Origin: Hyaloraphidium curvatum SAG 235-1
Taxonomy: Eukaryota; Fungi; Monoblepharomycota
Assembly (NCBI GenBank): GCA_025558095.1
Contig: JAIVFI010000009.1
Span: 434,001 to 498,000, forward strand
Direction of reading: 5' to 3'
DNA: 64,000 nt
In this document: positions 1 through 11,469 of the stretch, one piece after another
Position numbering within the stretch: position 1 is the first letter of the stretch
How the letters are laid out: the number at the start of each line of letters is the position of its first letter
Made by a program: the position numbers and the translations under genes
The notes under the pieces: generated by a model
Seen by the model: the letters and a program-made list of their open reading frames with translations, nothing else
What the model was told of the DNA's origin: nothing
The model's database searches: none

Positions 1-3000
1 CGGAGCTCACCGCGCTCTTGGGCGAAAGCTTCAATCGCGCGTACAAGTGGGTTGCTTCTTTTCCTTCTGAGGAGACGTCATGTTGTAATGATCTTCCCGT
101 TTGCAGCGTGGTGGTCCGCATTCAAATGCTCGCCGAGTTGGAAGAAATCATACTGTACAAGCAGATCTATGACCAGCCGGAAAGACAAGCAGTCATCCGC
201 CGCATGTGGACAACAAGGTGGAAGCTCTCGATCTGAACTGCTAGGAATACTCTGACGTCGGGTTGCAGGCTTAGCGGTTGCCAACGGAATGTGGACGTCT
301 GGCAGCGCATCCTTCGGGTCCGTTCCCTCGTTATGTCGCCCAAAGACGACATGGACCCCTGGATCAAGTTCGCCAACCTCTGCCGCAAGAGCGGCAGGCT
401 TAACCTGTGCCAGAAGACGTTGATCGGACTCATGCCTTCGGGTCTTTTGCGTGGTGAAGCTCAGGTACGTTTAAGCCGCTGCCGCTCGTACAGCCCCCAT
501 GTGAACCGGTGCCTCCTAGGCCCTTGCCACGTGCCCCCCACGTGTTGCGTATGCGTACATCAAGTACATGTGGGCCAGCCGTGCCCGAGAGCAAGCTGTG
601 GTCCGCATGGACGGTCTCTTGGTGCAGCTCATGGAGGCCACTGGTGCTTCGAGCACCGCCGATTCTTCTGCTTTGGACAAGACGGACCCGCCGCCGAGGC
701 AGGACCTATTCCGCTTGCTGGCCAGATGCAATCTCAAGCTTGGCCAATGGCAAGCGACGTTGCTGGAGGAGCAGGATCCCGTAAGACCGAGCCCCCGCCT
801 TAGGGTCGAACTGTTCCGATCGCGTGCCAACGGCAGGATAATGTCCCGGACGTACTAAGGTATTATCTAGCGGCAACGCACTTCGACAAAACGTGGTACA
901 AGGCGTGGCATGCTTGGGCCCTTGCCAATTTCGAAGCGACGACTCACTATGAGCGGACCAATGAGAGTGTGCCGTCTCGCACCCTACTTGGCCACGTTGT
1001 GCCCGCTGTTCAAGGCGAGTGATCTTGAGATGGCACCTCTCATTTTCGCTCAGTGTCTCTCGCAGGCTTTTTCCGCTCCATCGCTCTCTCAAAAGGCAAC
1101 TCGTTGCAGGATGCGCTCAGGCTACTCACGCTGTGGTTCAAGTACGGGTTCCAACAGGAGGTCAACAACGCGGTCGCCGAAGGTTTTGAGGGCGTAACGA
1201 TCGATACTTGGCTTCAAGTCATTCCCCAGGTGAGCGACTCGTTACACTTTCTGAATCACGGCGTGTTCTCACACACCCGTCATTCAGCTCATTGCTCGAA
1301 TCCACACCCAAAGTCCGCACGTGCGGCGGTTGATTCACCAGTTGCTGAGCGACATCGGGAGGGAACATCCACAAGCCCTGATCTATCCTCTGACGGTTGC
1401 TTCGAAGTCAGTAAACCTGGCCAGAAAGAAAGCCGCTCTGTCCATAATGGACAAGATGCGAACGCACAGCGCCACGCTCGTCGATCAGGTGGGCTCGCCA
1501 CTTGTGCACCTCCGTATGCGAGCTAATCGCGCGACCAGGCTCTTCTTGTAAGCCAGGAGCTCATTCGCGTCGCCATATTGTGGCACGAGATGTGGCACGA
1601 GGGTCTCGAAGAAGCATCACGGCTCTACTTTGGCGACCACAATGTGGAGGGCATGTTTGCAACTCTTGAGCCTCTGCATCAGATGCTCGACAGGGGCCCG
1701 GAGACTTTACGGGAGGTGTCTTTCAACCAGGCGTTTGGCAGGGACCTGGCAGAGGCGTTGGACTGGTGCAAGAAGTACAAGCGCACCCAGAATGTCACGG
1801 ACTTGAATCAGGCTTGGGATCTCTACTACCACGTGCGGCACGTGTGCCGCATAGGCGTCGTACAAGCGTGGCTGACGTCATCCTTCTTACTGCCACAGGT
1901 CTTCCGACGTATAAACAAGCAGCTCCCTCAGCTCACAACGCTGGAGCTCCAATACGTGTCCCCGAAGTTGCTGGCTGCCAACGAGCTCGAGCTCGCAGTG
2001 CCAGGTTTGTTCAAACCGTGCGCGAAAGGCTGGGGCACCCGCTTAAGCCGCCTTATAGGAACGTACAAGAGCAATGAACCGATCGTGCGCATTGCCTCCT
2101 TTGCGCCGACACTGACCGTCATCACGTCGAAACAACGACCCAGGAAGCTGACCATCAAGGGCAGCGATGGCAAGGATTACCAGTTCCTCCTCAAAGGTTG
2201 GTCACGAACGAAGTTGCCGTCGCTTTAAATACTGATGCGTTGTCGTTAGGGCACGAGGATATACGTCAGGACGAGCGGGTCATGCAGCTTTTTGGGCTCG
2301 TCAACACGCTTCTCATGGCCGATTCCGAGACATTCAAGAGACATCTCAACATTCAGCGTTACTCCGTGATACCCTTGTCGCCTAACTCCGGTCTGATCGG
2401 ATGGGTGCCGCACTCCGACACTCTGCACGCTCTTATCCGAGACTACCGTGAATCTCGCAAGATTCTGCTGAACATAGAGCATCGGCTCATGCTTCACGTT
2501 GGTGCCGCAGCTCAAATGCGGATGATGCAATCGTAACTCGCGCTGATGTTGCAGATGGCCCCCGACTACGACAACTTGGTCTTGCTTCAGAAGGTGGAGG
2601 TGTTCCAGCATGCACTGGAGAACACAACAGGCCAGGATTTGTACAAAGTCCTCTGGCTCAAGAGCAGAAACTCTGAGGTTCGTTTCCGCGCTTCGATGTG
2701 CTGGACATTATGCTGACTACTTCAAAAGGCGTGGCTCGATCGCCGCACGAACTACACAAGATCCCTCGCGGTCATGTCTATGGTCGGCTACGTGCTGGGG
2801 CTCGGAGATCGCCATCCATCGAATCTCATGCTCCACCGGTACTCGGGCAAAGTTATTCATATTGATTTTGGAGACTGCTTCGAGGTGCGCGAGCATCAAG
2901 TGCGGTTTGCTGCATGCTCTAATTCGCCCATGCAGGTTGCCATGCACAGGGAAAAGTTCCCCGAAAAGATCCCTTTCCGGTTGACCCGGATGTTGATCAA

Positions 3001-3774
3001 CGCCATGGAGGTTGGTTGCTCGTTGGAGTGATGCCTTTTGTGCTCAGTAGCACTGATTGTCCCCCAGGTCAGCGGTATTGAAGGCAACTTCCGCATCACG
3101 TGTGAACATGTGATGAGGGTGCTACGCGACAACAAGGACAGCGTAATGGCTGTCTTGGAGGCCTTTGTCTACGATCCGTTGATCAACTGGCGGCTCATGG
3201 CCAACCTGAGTCCAAAGCATGGTAAGTCGGGTTCTGTTCGTTGCGTGATGCGTCACCACTAACTCCGTCCTGATGTTGATGTTGACAGCAGAGAAGCCTA
3301 TTCGAAAGCAGTCGACTATCGAACCAGGGGTACAGCAAATGGAGGATGTTGCATCAGCCAAACCGTATTCCACAAGCCGCCGCGTCATGAAAGGGGAGAC
3401 TGAAGTACCATCAGGTACGTGCCTTCAGGGTAAGGCACACACAGGTGCTAACCATGGAACCTACGCAAGACGACCCATCAAAAGTTGACGGCCTGAACAC
3501 CAGGGCACTGGCTGTCATAAATCGCGTTTCAAACAAGCTGACCGGTGGGTCATTTGCCTTTTCTCACGTGCATGTGGCTTACTTGGGAACAAAAGGGCGT
3601 GACTTCAAGCCAAACGTTCTGCTTGATGTGCCTGCTCAAGTCGAAAAGCTCATTCTCCAGGCTACCTCAATCGAGAATCTCTGTCAATGTTACATTGGAT
3701 GGTGTGTTCCCACGCATTTGGCCCTACGTGGTCTTGTTATTGACATTGTGAACTTTAGGTGTGCATTTTGGTGA
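1..3774 (+). CDS. TOR: TOR serine/threonine kinase, 3' part (FAT end, FRB, PI3K-like kinase, FATC), many short introns; 5' end outside window
   Basis: Exon translations [19 protein letters not shown] (FRB), [48 protein letters not shown] and LCQCYIGW|CAFW* (FATC); frames are joined by GT-AG introns. Confidence 0.97.
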
Positions 3775-3984
3775 TCCATGGTGGTCAACCAGATTCTGTC
3801 TGTGGCAAGGTGATGCGTTCCATGATGTGCTGATTTGAATTGATGATGGCTGTGTTGTTCTATGAGCTTTGCAGTAGATTAGACATGATAAACGGCTTGC
3901 CCACCAGATCATGCCCCCAAATGTGGAGATAGACTTGGGGGCATTAGTGTTTTCTGTGGTGCTGGGAAGGCGGCAAAGACGCCA

Positions 3985-4095
3985 GTGCAGGGCAAGATCA
4001 GGGAAATCAATGCCCAAAAGTTCAAGGATCCGGCGAACGTGACAAACTGCACTTCTGGAGGATGTGTGACATGGACCTTTGGCCACATTTGCACC
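3985..4095 (+). mobile_element. Degenerate fragment of the LINE ORF2 C-terminal region
   Basis: gcaagatcagggaaatcaatgcccaaaag...aactgcacttctggagga matches 7950-8040 (REINAQK..DKLHFWR). Confidence 0.75.
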
Positions 4096-4116
4096 ACATG
4101 GCTCTGATGAGCATGA

Positions 4117-6345
4117 GTCGCAACTTTCTGGTGATCGTGCGGCTAGGGAAGCCACAGACCAACGTGGGGAGCCTGGAGGAGCATCTTCATCAAGCAGCGG
4201 AGCTCAGGGAGGCGCTGGGGCGGCTGGAACAGGCTCTAAGATACCTTTACCTACAAGGTCATCCAGCAGAGCTCCAAGACCTCCTGGGGAGTGGTGGAAA
4301 GCCCCCAACACGAGCAACGAGAAGGAGATCAACGTGATCACGCTGGAATCGATCAATTTCCTGATGGAGGAGGTCCAGGACCACCTGGACTGGCAGGGAC
4401 ACCTACCAACTTGGGAGGACATGGCACACATGGATGGAATCTTTGCTGCAAGCACTGGAGCACGTGTACCACGGAACTATGCAGAGGCAATGCGTTCAGA
4501 GGATCGTGAGATGTGGGCCAAGGCAATGGAACGTGAGATTGGCAACTTCAAGAGCAGAGATGCGTACAACATCATGGGCTTGCCTGAGGGCAAGGAAAAA
4601 TTCGCGGTTGGAAGCCAATTTGTATTTGACCTCAAACCTGGAGCTGATGGCAGCATTGTGGGGGAGGAAAACTACAAGGCTCGATGGGTGGCAAGGGGTG
4701 ATTGGCAGGATCCATCTTCTTTTGGTCAATCCTTTGCACCTGTACCTTCTGCTGCTGCTGTACGGCTTTTCTTTTGGATATCTGCTCAGAACAACATGAT
4801 TGTACATCAGGCTGATGCAAATGCTGCATTTCTACAGGCTAAGCTCCAGGAGAACGAGGAAGTTTACTTGTATCCAGCTCAAGGGATGGATTTACCTGAG
4901 TTTACTGATGGAAGACCTACTGTAATTCGACCTGGAGTCGCGGTTTATGGACTTGTGCAAGCTGCACGTGCTTGGCACAGACACCTGCACGAGATACTCA
5001 CGGAGATGGGGCTTATACGTTGCTCAAAGGAGTACTGCATCTACTTTCTGCGGCAAGATGATTGGTTTCTTTTGATGATTATTCATGTGGACGACTTTGG
5101 ATGTAGCTCAACGGACGAAAACCGGACGATTGCATTTCTTGAGGAGCTGGGAAAGCGGATTAAGATACGTTACATGGGTCGCATGAAAAAGTTCCTGGCT
5201 TTGGAAATCAAGCAAGACGAGAAGGCTGGAACAATCACAATCAAGCAGTCCAACTACATCAATAAGGCTTTGGAGGATTTCGGAATGGACACTTGCAATG
5301 CAGTTTCTGTACCTATGGACGTTGGGGTGAAGCTCAGGAAACGGAAGACGGAGTTGTCTGCTGCTGAGGAGCAGGAAATCGGACGTTTTCCGTTCAGATC
5401 AATGGTGGGAAGCTGGATGTATGCCATGAACTTCACCAGGCCGGACATTGCCTTACCTATTATCACGGAGAGCCGTCATGGGATGGCACCTACTCGTGAA
5501 GCAGTGGAGCAAGTCAAGAAGACAACCAGATACTTGAAGGGAACAGCTGACTTTGGCTTGGTTTACAAGAGGGATCCGAATCTGGACATGACCAAAGCAT
5601 TGCATGGATATGCAGACGCCAGTTTTGCTGGGGATCTTGACACTGGGAAGTCAACAACTGGGGTTGTAGTGATGATGGGGAACGGTCTTATCATCTACAA
5701 GTCGCAACTGCAACCAGTGGTGGCTCTTTCAACAACAGAGGCCGAGTACATGGCTCTATCTTATGCTGGACGTCAAGTTGCGTGGCTAAGGAGTTTATTG
5801 GAGGAATTGGGATTTCCTCAGCAAGGGCCAACAGTCATCAAGGAGGACAATGAGGGGGCTATCAAGCTGGCGCAGAATCCTGTCTTTCATGAACGTACAA
5901 AGCACATCGGAGTGCAGTACCATTTTGTGAGGGAGAAAATTGATAGTGGAGAGATACAGCTGGAGTACATCAACACAGAGGACCAGCTTGCGGATCTGCT
6001 CACCAAACAGCTACCAAGGGAGAAGTTTCAACGTTTCAGGGCACTTATGGGAATTGTAGAGATTCGTGACTAACTTTGGGGATTTCTGGACACTTCTTGG
6101 GAATCTTGCAACGAGGGGGAATGTTGGAATGGATCGTTGCTACGATTCTGTATCAATAGGGAGTCTATTGGCGTGTGGGGATACTTGGGTACAACCGGAG
6201 GGGTCATCTAGGGACTTGTCATCGCAAGGGAATGGACAACGGGTCAACGTGAAACTGTCCCTCTCCCCATCCCGTCCATCTGAGTTCTGACCCGGTTCAG
6301 ACCACTGGGGCTACGTCTTCCCCACGCCCCATAGCCACTCCAACA
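4117..6345 (+). mobile_element. 5'-truncated Ty1/copia LTR retrotransposon (open RT + RNase H, PPT, 3' LTR); gag, protease and integrase absent
   Basis: ORF 4079-6073 contains YKARWVARG, QADANAAFL, YGLVQAAR, HVDD, GYADASFA, STTEAEY, EDNEGAI, RTKHI and QLADLLTK; purine tract gaggggga directly precedes TGTTGG at 6122. Confidence 0.95.
6122..6345 (+). repeat. Copia 3' LTR (224 bp)
   Basis: Starts TGTTGGA and ends TCCAACA (inverted termini); homologous to the copies at 9520 and 11256. Confidence 0.93.
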
Positions 6346-6362
6346 CCTTTGGCCACATTTGC

Positions 6363-8350
6363 ACCACATGGCTCTGATGAGCATGACCATCAAAGCCAGC
6401 CTCAAGCGACCGCCGCGAAAGAGAACAAGTTGCGTGGCAAACACGTGCCCTGTTTCCTCCACTTCCTCGCACTCATGCAAAATCTCTGGGACGAGGCGTG
6501 GGTGAAGGAGTCCATGCAGGAGTACGTGCAGATGGAGGCTGGCTTGGACAAGTGCAATCAGCTGATTCACATCATGGTGGCGGTGAACAAGGTGGCATTC
6601 ATGGAGAAGGAGGAGTGGAAGAGGGAGTGCCAAGGGAAGGCACGAGAGCTGGAGAAGGAGAGGAATGAAGAAGCTGGAGAAGAAGATGCGGAAGGTCGTG
6701 GAGCACAAGAACTCTGAGCTGCTGGAACGACTCTTCAGGCGAGAGCCCAAGGGATACTACCAACTGCTTGGGAAGACTTACGGGAGGCGGAAGGGCAACC
6801 CTGTGCAAATTGCGGAGCTGGTACGCCACATGGAGATGGTGGCCAGCGCCGAATACGTGACCAAGATCGAGGAAGACCCCAGGCTCACGTTCCCACCGCT
6901 CCCCAAGGCCACGATCACGCCTCCTGGGAACCTGCTGCGCCCCATCACCCTCAAGGAGCTCGAGAAGGTCCTGAAGAAGGCTCCTAACGGCAGGGCAGCG
7001 GATGAGGATGGGATCAGGCTCGAGTTCGTCAAGTACGGGAGCACTGTGCTGAAGCAAGCTGTTGTCGATCTGCTCAACGACGTACTCAATCGGGTCGACG
7101 TGCAAGACTGGGGCCAGACACTGCTGGTGATGCTGCACAAGAAGGGGCCCAAGAACGTGGCTGGCAACTATCGGGGCATCATCAGCATAGAGAGGACACT
7201 GGAGAAGGTCTTCTCCCTGGTCTGGAACGCTCGGCTAGCTCCCTGGGCTGAGTGCAACAAGCTGCTGGAAGGCTCGCAGTTTGCATTCCGGGCACGGAGG
7301 TCGAGCGTAGCCTTCATGCAGTATTCCTCCCTAAGGCGCTCTTCTCCTTGGCCAAGGCACGTACGTAAGGAGAAGCTGATCATGGTGTTTGTAGATTTCA
7401 TAAAGGCTTTTGACACGGTGGAGCACCCGAGGCTGTGGAGGAAGCTGGAGGAGATGGTTGTACCCAAACAGGTTGTTGATATGTTCGAGATGGCGTTTGG
7501 GCGGGTGTGAGGAAGGCTCCGGGATGAGGATGGCACCAAGTCGGACTTCATCAAGTTCCTAACTGGAGTGAAGCAGGGGGAACCCCCTCTCCGCGCTCTT
7601 CTTCACCTTGTTCATCAACGACATCACTGCTTTCATGGAGGCCAATGGTGCAAAAGGGATGGATCTGGGCATGGTGTTCGAGGACTGGCTTGTCTATATG
7701 CGATCCTCGCGAGAACCCTCTTGCAGTTCATGACCATGAGTCGGCTCTCAAGTTCCTTATGCGCATCAAACAGCTGCCCTGCATTGTACCTGCTCTACAA
7801 GGAGCTCAAGATCGAGGCACTGAAGGGGTGCTGGAACTGGGCCGCCTTCCTGAGGGAACTACTTGTAAACTATGGTGGAGAGGGGGGGAGGGAGATGTGG
7901 GAGAAAGACACTTTTTCATGGGCCAAGGAGACTGTGGAGAATCTTGTGAAGAGCAAGTTCAGGGAGATCAATGCCCAGAAGCTCAAGGACAACGACAAGC
8001 TGCACTTCTGGAGGACATGACCTTGGTCACATTGCACCGTCGCTGATCCGGGTGGAGAAGCACCGGAGGGACGTCCAGAAGCTGCTCTGCTCTACCCACG
8101 ACCTGGAGGTGGAAACAGGCAGGCACCAAGGACTTGAGGTGCAGCAGAGGATGTGCAAACACCACCTTGAGCACATTGGAGATGAACAGCATTTTCTGTT
8201 CCACTGTTCAGCAGATGCAGAGCGACGCCAGAAACTGCAGACCAGACTGGAAGCACTGGGCCGCGAGTGGAACATGGGGACCTGGCTCTGGGCTCTTAGC
8301 ATCAAGGAGTTCGAGCCCATGATCAAGGTGAGGCAGCAGAAGGAGAAGGC
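6363..8350 (+). mobile_element. Degenerate non-LTR retrotransposon (LINE) ORF2: RT with deletions, frameshifts and stops, plus Cys/His C-terminal motif
   Basis: KKGPKNVAGNYRGI, FVDFIKAFDTV, GVKQGEP, LEVETGRH...RMCKH...GDEQHFLFHC; close in sequence to 12250-13530; the YADD region is not seen. Confidence 0.9.
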
Positions 8351-9519
8351 CGCGCCCTCAACTCCATTGCCAGCTTCATCTCAAAGTCCAATGCATGAAG
8401 GACAGAAAACGGGGAAAATGAAAAAGATGCACGACGACCAACTTCAAATTAGCAGCAAACTGATGGCGTAACAGCGGCCAAGCCAGGGGCAGGTCCGGGT
8501 CACCAATACTATTCTATGTGTTGTAATCCCCAAATATCTCAACTTGCAAATCGGGCCTCTCGTGGGGTGGGGCCGGGCCGTCAGCAAAGAACCCGCTGAA
8601 GGTACTGTTTACCGCATAGGCTGCCGTGAGCTTCTGCAGGCACGCCGTGTGCAGCCCCGGGCCGAGACAGGAGAGGTCCAAGCGCCCTGCTCCCGGCTGC
8701 ATGAGCACAGCAACCTCCTTGGCGTCGACCTTGATAGAGTAATAGTCCTCGGGTGACTCGATTTCGGCGGCCAGGGACTCACCCTGGAAGCGGGATTCAA
8801 GTTAGACCCCCCGCATGCAAAGGCGAGGCCGCCCCAAGGTCTCCACGGTCCACCCTCCCACGTATGTGGGGAGCATCTCGGCCTGAGCAGACGCAGCCAG
8901 GGCCGCCATCGACAGCGCAGGGCCACCATCGACAGCGCCAGGCTGATCAACGAATGCATCCGTCGTAGTGACAACGTTTTGTAAATCTTGGGACGGAGCA
9001 GGGACGCGCGAGAGTCATCAGGTCGGGCCGCCAACCCCTACTGTTGACCCCCATTGAATCACCCTTGCAGCGCGGTCTATGGAAACTGAACCCACAGTTG
9101 GAACACTGGCCGTCAAAGTATGGCGAGACGCGTCTTTCACTTTGCTGTTGTGACGGACGGCTCGTCTGGTCTCTAGTTGGACTGGACGTGAGGATGCCGT
9201 GGCCCTGGTGTGGGAAATTCCGTCACGTTGTGATTGGTGTCGGGACCGCTTCCCTACGAGCTGCTGGCTAAAGCAGCCCCGTCACAACAGAAACTCATCA
9301 AAGCGGTTCATCAGTGACAGCATCATCGTGAGCTCGAGGAGCGCCGCAGCTCTGTGTTTCGAAAACTAGAATCCGCTCCTCCAGGTATGGTGGAGGCGGC
9401 GTTGCGTCCCATCCGTGACTGAGCGGCCGGCCCAATAATTGCATCAGCTGCTCCCTCAACCCCACTAATCCCAGTCCAGGCAGCTCAGAGAACGTCCACC
9501 ATTGTTGCCGCCGGCTGCC

Positions 9520-9790
9520 TGTTGGAATGGATTGTTGCTACGATTCTATCTCAATAGGGAGTCTATTGGCGTGTGGGGATACTTGGGTACGACCGGAGGG
9601 GTCATCTAGGGACTTGTCATCACAAGGAAATGGACAACGGGTCAACGTGAAACTGTCCCTCTCCCCATCCCGTCCATCTGATCTTCGAGTTTCCACGGTC
9701 GATTGTGCTCCCTGGCACTCCTCATTGGCGTTCCGTCCGGCCGTGCCGTCAGACATATCCCAACAACGTAGCAATGCATAGGTTCCAACA
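9520..9790 (+). mobile_element. Solo copia LTR with 5-bp target-site duplication CTGCC
   Basis: TGTTGGAA...TTCCAACA flanked by ctgcc at 9515-9519 and 9791-9795; first ~160 bp match the LTR at 6122. Confidence 0.93.
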
Positions 9791-11255
9791 CTGCCACCAT
9801 GTTTAGTTGGCCCGTGTGTGCGGATCGACAGTATCAGTTGCACGGGTGCACACACGGCCGCCCTTGAGAGCCCCATGCTGGTGAATGAGGTATTCAGTGA
9901 CAAAACTAACACTCGTGAATCGGTTGGGTAGCAACGCAGTGAATGCATAGATACGGGTCGGCCAGGTGCCGGATCGTTGGCTGGCCCAACATCCCTTTTG
10001 ACAACATAACGAGTGTAACGGAGTTATGGTCAAAAGGTTAGTGGAAATTATACCGGGGCCAAAATCTCTCAGAATGAGGACACTTTGAGGAAAACCGCCG
10101 TTTCTCGTCGAGCTTTGCCAAACGGCGCCCGGCCCCCGTTCCAACTGCCATTTTATTGTCACGGCATGGCTCTCTGGGGTCGCTTTTGGGGGCGCGGGCC
10201 CGTAGGGGGGCGAAGGACTATGGGGCCTCGGTCCGCCAGCGTCGCCGACCCTCGAATTCCGTCGAATCGCGGCCGGAGTCCCTTCGAATCGCTTTTTTGA
10301 TGTGCAATCGTGGTTGTTGTGGGTTGCTTTGGGCTCCGCGATGGCATGGTGTGGTTGGTGGACGGGCGAGGGAGCCACGCGTTCGCGCGGCGCCGCGGTT
10401 GCACTTGCCGCCTTCCTAGACACCTGGTCACGGGCAGTTCGCTGCTTCTGCTATAGAACCACGTCTTGGAGAAGCGGGAATCGTGCCCCGAAGGAATTGA
10501 GGGCGGGAGAACGCGCCGGAGATGCGCGGGGACCCCGGTCCCGAAGACATCGCCGCGTTCCCCGCGCACCACAGAGATGGCCTTCTATTCGCGCGGGCTG
10601 GCGCATGCAAATGAGAGAAGTGCATTCACCTTGTGGTCGTGGCGCTCACAAGGCCGGGAGGCCGTTCTTCCGGTCCCCGTTTGCGGCCGGACCATGCATG
10701 CCAAGGGGCCCATACCCTTGCTGGCCGGTCCGCCGGCCACTCTCCTGCCACCGCGATGCTTCCATGGCTCAATTACCTATTGAATAAAGCGCGGCCAGTG
10801 CGCAAACAGCAAGCTCGAATGGCAAAATGGAAACCCTGGCACAATTTGGCCGGTCAACTCTGCCCGCCCCCACCTTCCCCGCTTTGCACTGGGACAAACG
10901 CCGCCTCGCGATAAAAGCTTGCCCTGACTGCCTGCAATGATTGATGTGGGCCGTGATTCGAGACGTGTTGGAGAGGGGCAGTTTCCGGCAGCAGGGACAG
11001 TATGAGCCGGGCCTAGGGCTTTAAATCGCCGCACAAGTGGTTCAATCTCACAGGACTCGGAAGGCCCGAAGTAGAGTTAGTTGTAGCCGGGGTTTGACTT
11101 GGAGATTCGCTTGAGGAAGACTTGTCTCCCGAGGGGGACATCTCAGAAGGATCAGACTTGATGGATTCGGACCGTGCCGAAGATAAAAACCGCACGGCGA
11201 GGACGAATGTAAACACTGACGAACTGTGGTGAAACCACTTGGCAGTACATTTGGT

Positions 11256-11469
11256 TGTTGGAATGGATTGTTGCTACGATTCTGTATCAATAGGGAGTCT
11301 ATTGGCGTGTGGGGATACTTGGGTACGACCGGAGGGGTCATCTAGGGACTTGTCATCACAAGGGAATGGACAACGGGTCAACGTGAAACTGTCCCTCTCC
11401 CCATCCCGTCCATCTGAGTTCAGACCCGGTTCAGACCACTGGGGCTACGTCTTCCCCACGCCCCATAGC
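11256..11469 (+). repeat. Copia LTR lacking its last ~10 bp (interrupted by LINE sequence)
   Basis: Matches 6122-6338 through ccccatagc, then switches to LINE sequence. Confidence 0.9.

Noticed and set aside
8514-9034. Possible - strand coding remnant (EDYYSIKVDAKEVAVL...)
   Set aside because: Interrupted by stops, no recognisable family and no consistent splice model.
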